Source: an uncultured Bacilli bacterium
GTDB taxonomy: Bacteria > Bacillota_I > Bacilli_A > RF39 > UBA660
Direction of reading: 5' to 3'
NCBI GenBank assembly: GCA_947627675.1
Contig: CANQWY010000002.1
Location: 108-64,107, forward strand
Length of the DNA: 64,000 nucleotides
Shown here: piece by piece, positions 60,996 to 64,000 of the stretch
How the letters are laid out: each line of letters opens with the position of its first letter
Position numbering within the stretch: position 1 is the first letter of the stretch
The notes under the pieces: generated by a model
Database searches by the model: none
Told to the model about the DNA's origin: nothing
What the model saw: the letters and a program-made list of their open reading frames with translations, nothing else
Program-made: the position numbers and the translations under genes

Positions 60996-62643
60996 ATGGA
61001 AAAAAGAAAAGATATATTGTTAGTAATACCCCTAATACTAACAATAGTTCTAATGGGGGGGGGTTACTTACGCCAAATATAGTAAGAGTATAGAGACTAA
61101 AAAGGAAATAACAATAAAAACAGGGACAAGATATATAGGAATATATGGAGAAAACAAAGAAAATATAGAATTAAATAAAGAATATACATTTACAATAGAA
61201 AACAGAGGAGCAGAAAACGCAAGTTATAGACTATATATCGAGAATATAGAAAATAGTAGTATAAGTTATAGTTATACAAAGAACGGAATAACAACAACCG
61301 GAACATTAGCAAGTAAAACAATAGATGAAGCCAATTTAAAAGTAGGAGAAAAAGTACAAATAACAATAACATTTAGCGGAAGTGGAAATTATAAAGGAAA
61401 ACTAAAAGTAGAAACAAAAGACTATATTAATGAACCAAATGCACCAGAGTTAGTAGGAGATATGATCCCAGTAACATATAATGGAACAAACTGGGTAAAA
61501 GCAGATATAAATAAAAACAATTGGTATGATTATAATAGAGGAGTCTGGGCGAATGCTGTAACGATAAAAGATGCAAATAAAAGAGCAACATACAAAAGTG
61601 CTCAAGCAGGAACACTAATAGATTTAAGTTATGTAAACTTAATGTTAGTATGGATCCCAAGATACTCATATACATTAAGACAATCATATGGATATCAAAT
61701 AGATGGAGCATCAACCCCAAGCATTAATACACCCGGAGCATTTGATATCAAATTTGTAAAGACAAGTACAACCGAAATGGGAAGCGGAAAATATAGTGGA
61801 GAAGAACCAACAGGCTATTTTACACCCTCATCATTTTGTTGGGGCAACAGTTGTGATGTAGAGTCGACGAGAGGGAGCTCAGGAAATACAGAATTATCTG
61901 GAATCTGGATAAGTAAGTTTGAGCTTACTGGAACAATAAGTGTAATAACATCAAAACCAAATGAAACAAGTATAACAAATCAAAGCACATCTTCGTTCTT
62001 TAATGCTATAAAAACACAGATAAATGGAAGTAGTGGAACAACAAATTATGGATTAAGCGGAGAAAATTACGATACGCATATGATAAAGAATACGGAATGG
62101 GGAGCAATGGCATATTTAAGTCAAAGTAAATATGGAAAATATGGTAATTCAAATTATACAGGAGCAAATAAAGAGATTTACATAAACAATTATAGTGGTT
62201 ATAAAACAGGATGTAGTGGAGGAAGTCCAAGTGCTAGTCAAAGTTCTAGTTGCCAATATACTTATAATATAGAAACAAATGGAACCGGAGCCAGTACTAC
62301 TGGAACAATATATGGAATATATGATACATCAGGAGGAGCTTATGAAAGAGTGATGGGGAACTTTAATAATGTGCTACCAGCTTCTAGATTTAATTCCATG
62401 CCAGAAAGAAAATATTATAATTTATATACAGGAACAATAGGAATCAAAGGAGATGCAATAAATGCAGATGGAACGGCAGGTTTTTATGGAGATTATCAAA
62501 TATTTGTAACTTCTTCTCAACCTTGGTTCCAACGTGGCGGTTACTATGGCAATGGTGTTATCGCGGGCGTCTTCAGCTTCTACTACAGCAATGGCGATGC
62601 TATCCACTACCGCGGTTCACGCTTTGCTATTTCTACTTGGTAA
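60996..62643 (+). CDS. Phase-variable SipW-signal/camelysin(TasA)-like large secreted protein, copy B (OFF state as sequenced)
   Basis: ATG 60996 with AGGAG RBS, then MEKRKDILLVIPLILTIVLMGGG, a G9 tract (61055-61063) and a stop 8 codons later. With G8 it reads through LMGGVTYAKYSKS... into ORF 61462..62643, giving about 548 aa. It is 90-95% identical at the nucleotide level to copy A over the 5' 150 nt. Confidence 0.7.
61055..61063. repeat. Poly-G homopolymeric tract (9 nt) in the signal-peptide GG(G) motif of copy B
   Basis: taatGGGGGGGGGttac. Identical in length and context to the copy A tract. Confidence 0.85.
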
Positions 62644-62655
62644 ATAAAAAAACAA

Positions 62656-62692
62656 ATAAATCTACTAGAAAATATAAAATTCTAGTAGATTT
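62656..62692 (+). terminator. Rho-independent terminator of copy B
   Basis: Stem ATCTACTAGAA / TTCTAGTAGAT with loop, followed by TTTTCAATTTTC. Confidence 0.65.
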
Positions 62693-62840
62693 TCAATTTT
62701 CAATTATAACTAAAAAAATAATTAAATTATCATGAAAAGTAAAATATATTAAATATTTAATAAAAAAAAGTATGTCTCATAATTATAGGTTTTAGTTTTA
62801 CAAAAAAATTAGTTATTAGTTTAATAATATATACTATTTT

Positions 62841-63899
62841 TTATTTACTATTATTTAGTTTAATTAACTTATAAAATTTATCATCATATTTTAGTTTTAT
62901 TTCATTATCCAATAAAATATTTATATATATAACTACTGGGTAGCCTTTTACTATATTTAAATATTTGCCATTATTTATAACTTTATAGAAATTATCTTTA
63001 TAGTTTACAATATTACCATCTAACATTTCTGTTTCAATTTTTATATAATACATATTAGATAAATCTAAATTTTTTGTGGATAAAAAATGATTTTTAGTAT
63101 TTTTAGGATTATATGAATACTTTTTATTTAGATATTCAACATAAAAACTGTTAAACCAATCATTTAATTTATTATATTTTTTTATATCAAATCTTTTTAA
63201 ATCATTAATCAACCTATTTTGAATAATTCTATTTTTATTTTCTATTTTTCCTTTAGATGGCACTGTATAAGTAGTAATTAAATTAATTTTAAGATTTTCG
63301 CATATCTTTGCTAACCTAAAAAGTTCTTCTTCTTTTTTATTTAGAATTGTATGAATATCGCAGTATATATTCTCTGGTATACCATATTTTTTTAGAATAA
63401 TATCTAATATACGTAAGTATCCTAAAAGACATTCTTCTGGCATAAAGTAGCCTGCTAATATTTCACCAGTAGCATCATCAATTGCCATATGTAATGAAAA
63501 ATTTTTATTATTCTGTAGCCAGTCGTTAGGGGTTCCGTCAATAATTATTAAAATGCCTCTATTAGGCATTGGTTCTCGTAAAGGATGATATGTATAATCT
63601 TTAATATTTTTATAGCTATTAGGTTTAGGCCAATTAAATTTTTTAAATAAATTTTCATAAAATGAATAACTTCTTTTTTTTAAATTATTTTTTATTACTA
63701 TATCTTGCTTATTTTGATTAAATATAATATCTTCATGATAGATATCCATAAATTGCTGTATACTAATATTTGGATAGTTTAATTTAAAATTTTTAATAAA
63801 ATTAATTTCTTTTATAGATGATGAATTATTAGATGGTTTATTTGATAAGCCATGAATAAGTGCTCTGTTTATATCTTTTTCCATTATAATTTTTGACAT
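62841..63899 (-). mobile_element. DDE (rve-like) transposase ORF of an IS element, possibly N-terminally disrupted
   Basis: Candidate catalytic D in LIIIDGTPNDW, a downstream acidic block, and GK-x-E (VPSKGKIENKNRIIQN) matching the integrase-core E region. The frame is open upstream of the ATG to about 63986, with an HTH-like stretch (GILTGYTKRQI) but no start codon. Confidence 0.5.
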
Positions 63900-64000
63900 A
63901 TTAATTATTTGTCGTTTAGTATATCCAGTTAGTATACCAATATGTAAATATGTAAAATTATTTTTGCCATCTATTTTATTTTTTATCAGTTTTAATGCAT

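Noticed and set aside
62422-62735. Two overlapping ORFs on both strands (62422..62607 minus, 62523..62735 plus)
   Set aside because: They are created by the local GC-rich patch at the 3' end of copy B. There is no independent coding evidence.

Overview
This is a very AT-rich (about 25-28% GC) Firmicutes chromosomal window centred on the replication origin. The conserved backbone is rsmG-mnmG-mnmE-jag-yidC-rnpA-rpmH | oriC | dnaA-dnaN-(comK-like)-recF-gyrB-gyrA on one side, with the rpsF-ssb-rpsR-rplI-dnaB block, a ParB/ParA/Noc-like partition cluster, and many housekeeping genes (murA, prfA, prmC, argS, a class A PBP, ung, tadA, dnaX-ybaB-recR, holB, pth-mfd, metG, tatD) elsewhere. Several sporulation-type genes are present (spoIIR-like, gerQ-like, bofA-like, ricT, spoVT). 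Two features are not explained by the housekeeping annotation. First, two paralogous, inverted, divergently oriented genes for large secreted SipW-signal/camelysin(TasA)-like proteins sit almost symmetrically about oriC (5619..7284 on the minus strand and 60996..62643 on the plus strand). Both are interrupted by an identical 9-nt poly-G tract just after the signal-peptide GG motif, and both would become full-length ORFs with one G fewer, which is the signature of a slipped-strand phase-variation (contingency) locus. Next to the right-hand copy are a start-less paralog of the N-domain, a GC-rich mosaic 3' end, and an IS-type DDE transposase. Second, the 1.6-kb gene-free region after gyrA contains a 235-bp tandem array that alternates perfect Noc-binding-site palindromes (ATTTCCCGGGAAAT) with parS sites (TGTTTCACGTGAAACA). 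The same NBS+parS pair is embedded in-frame inside dnaX, and a lone NBS follows a bidirectional terminator at ung. Other features are an SRP RNA, a T-box leader before metG, and a bipartite DnaA-box origin. No rRNA, tRNA or CRISPR was seen.
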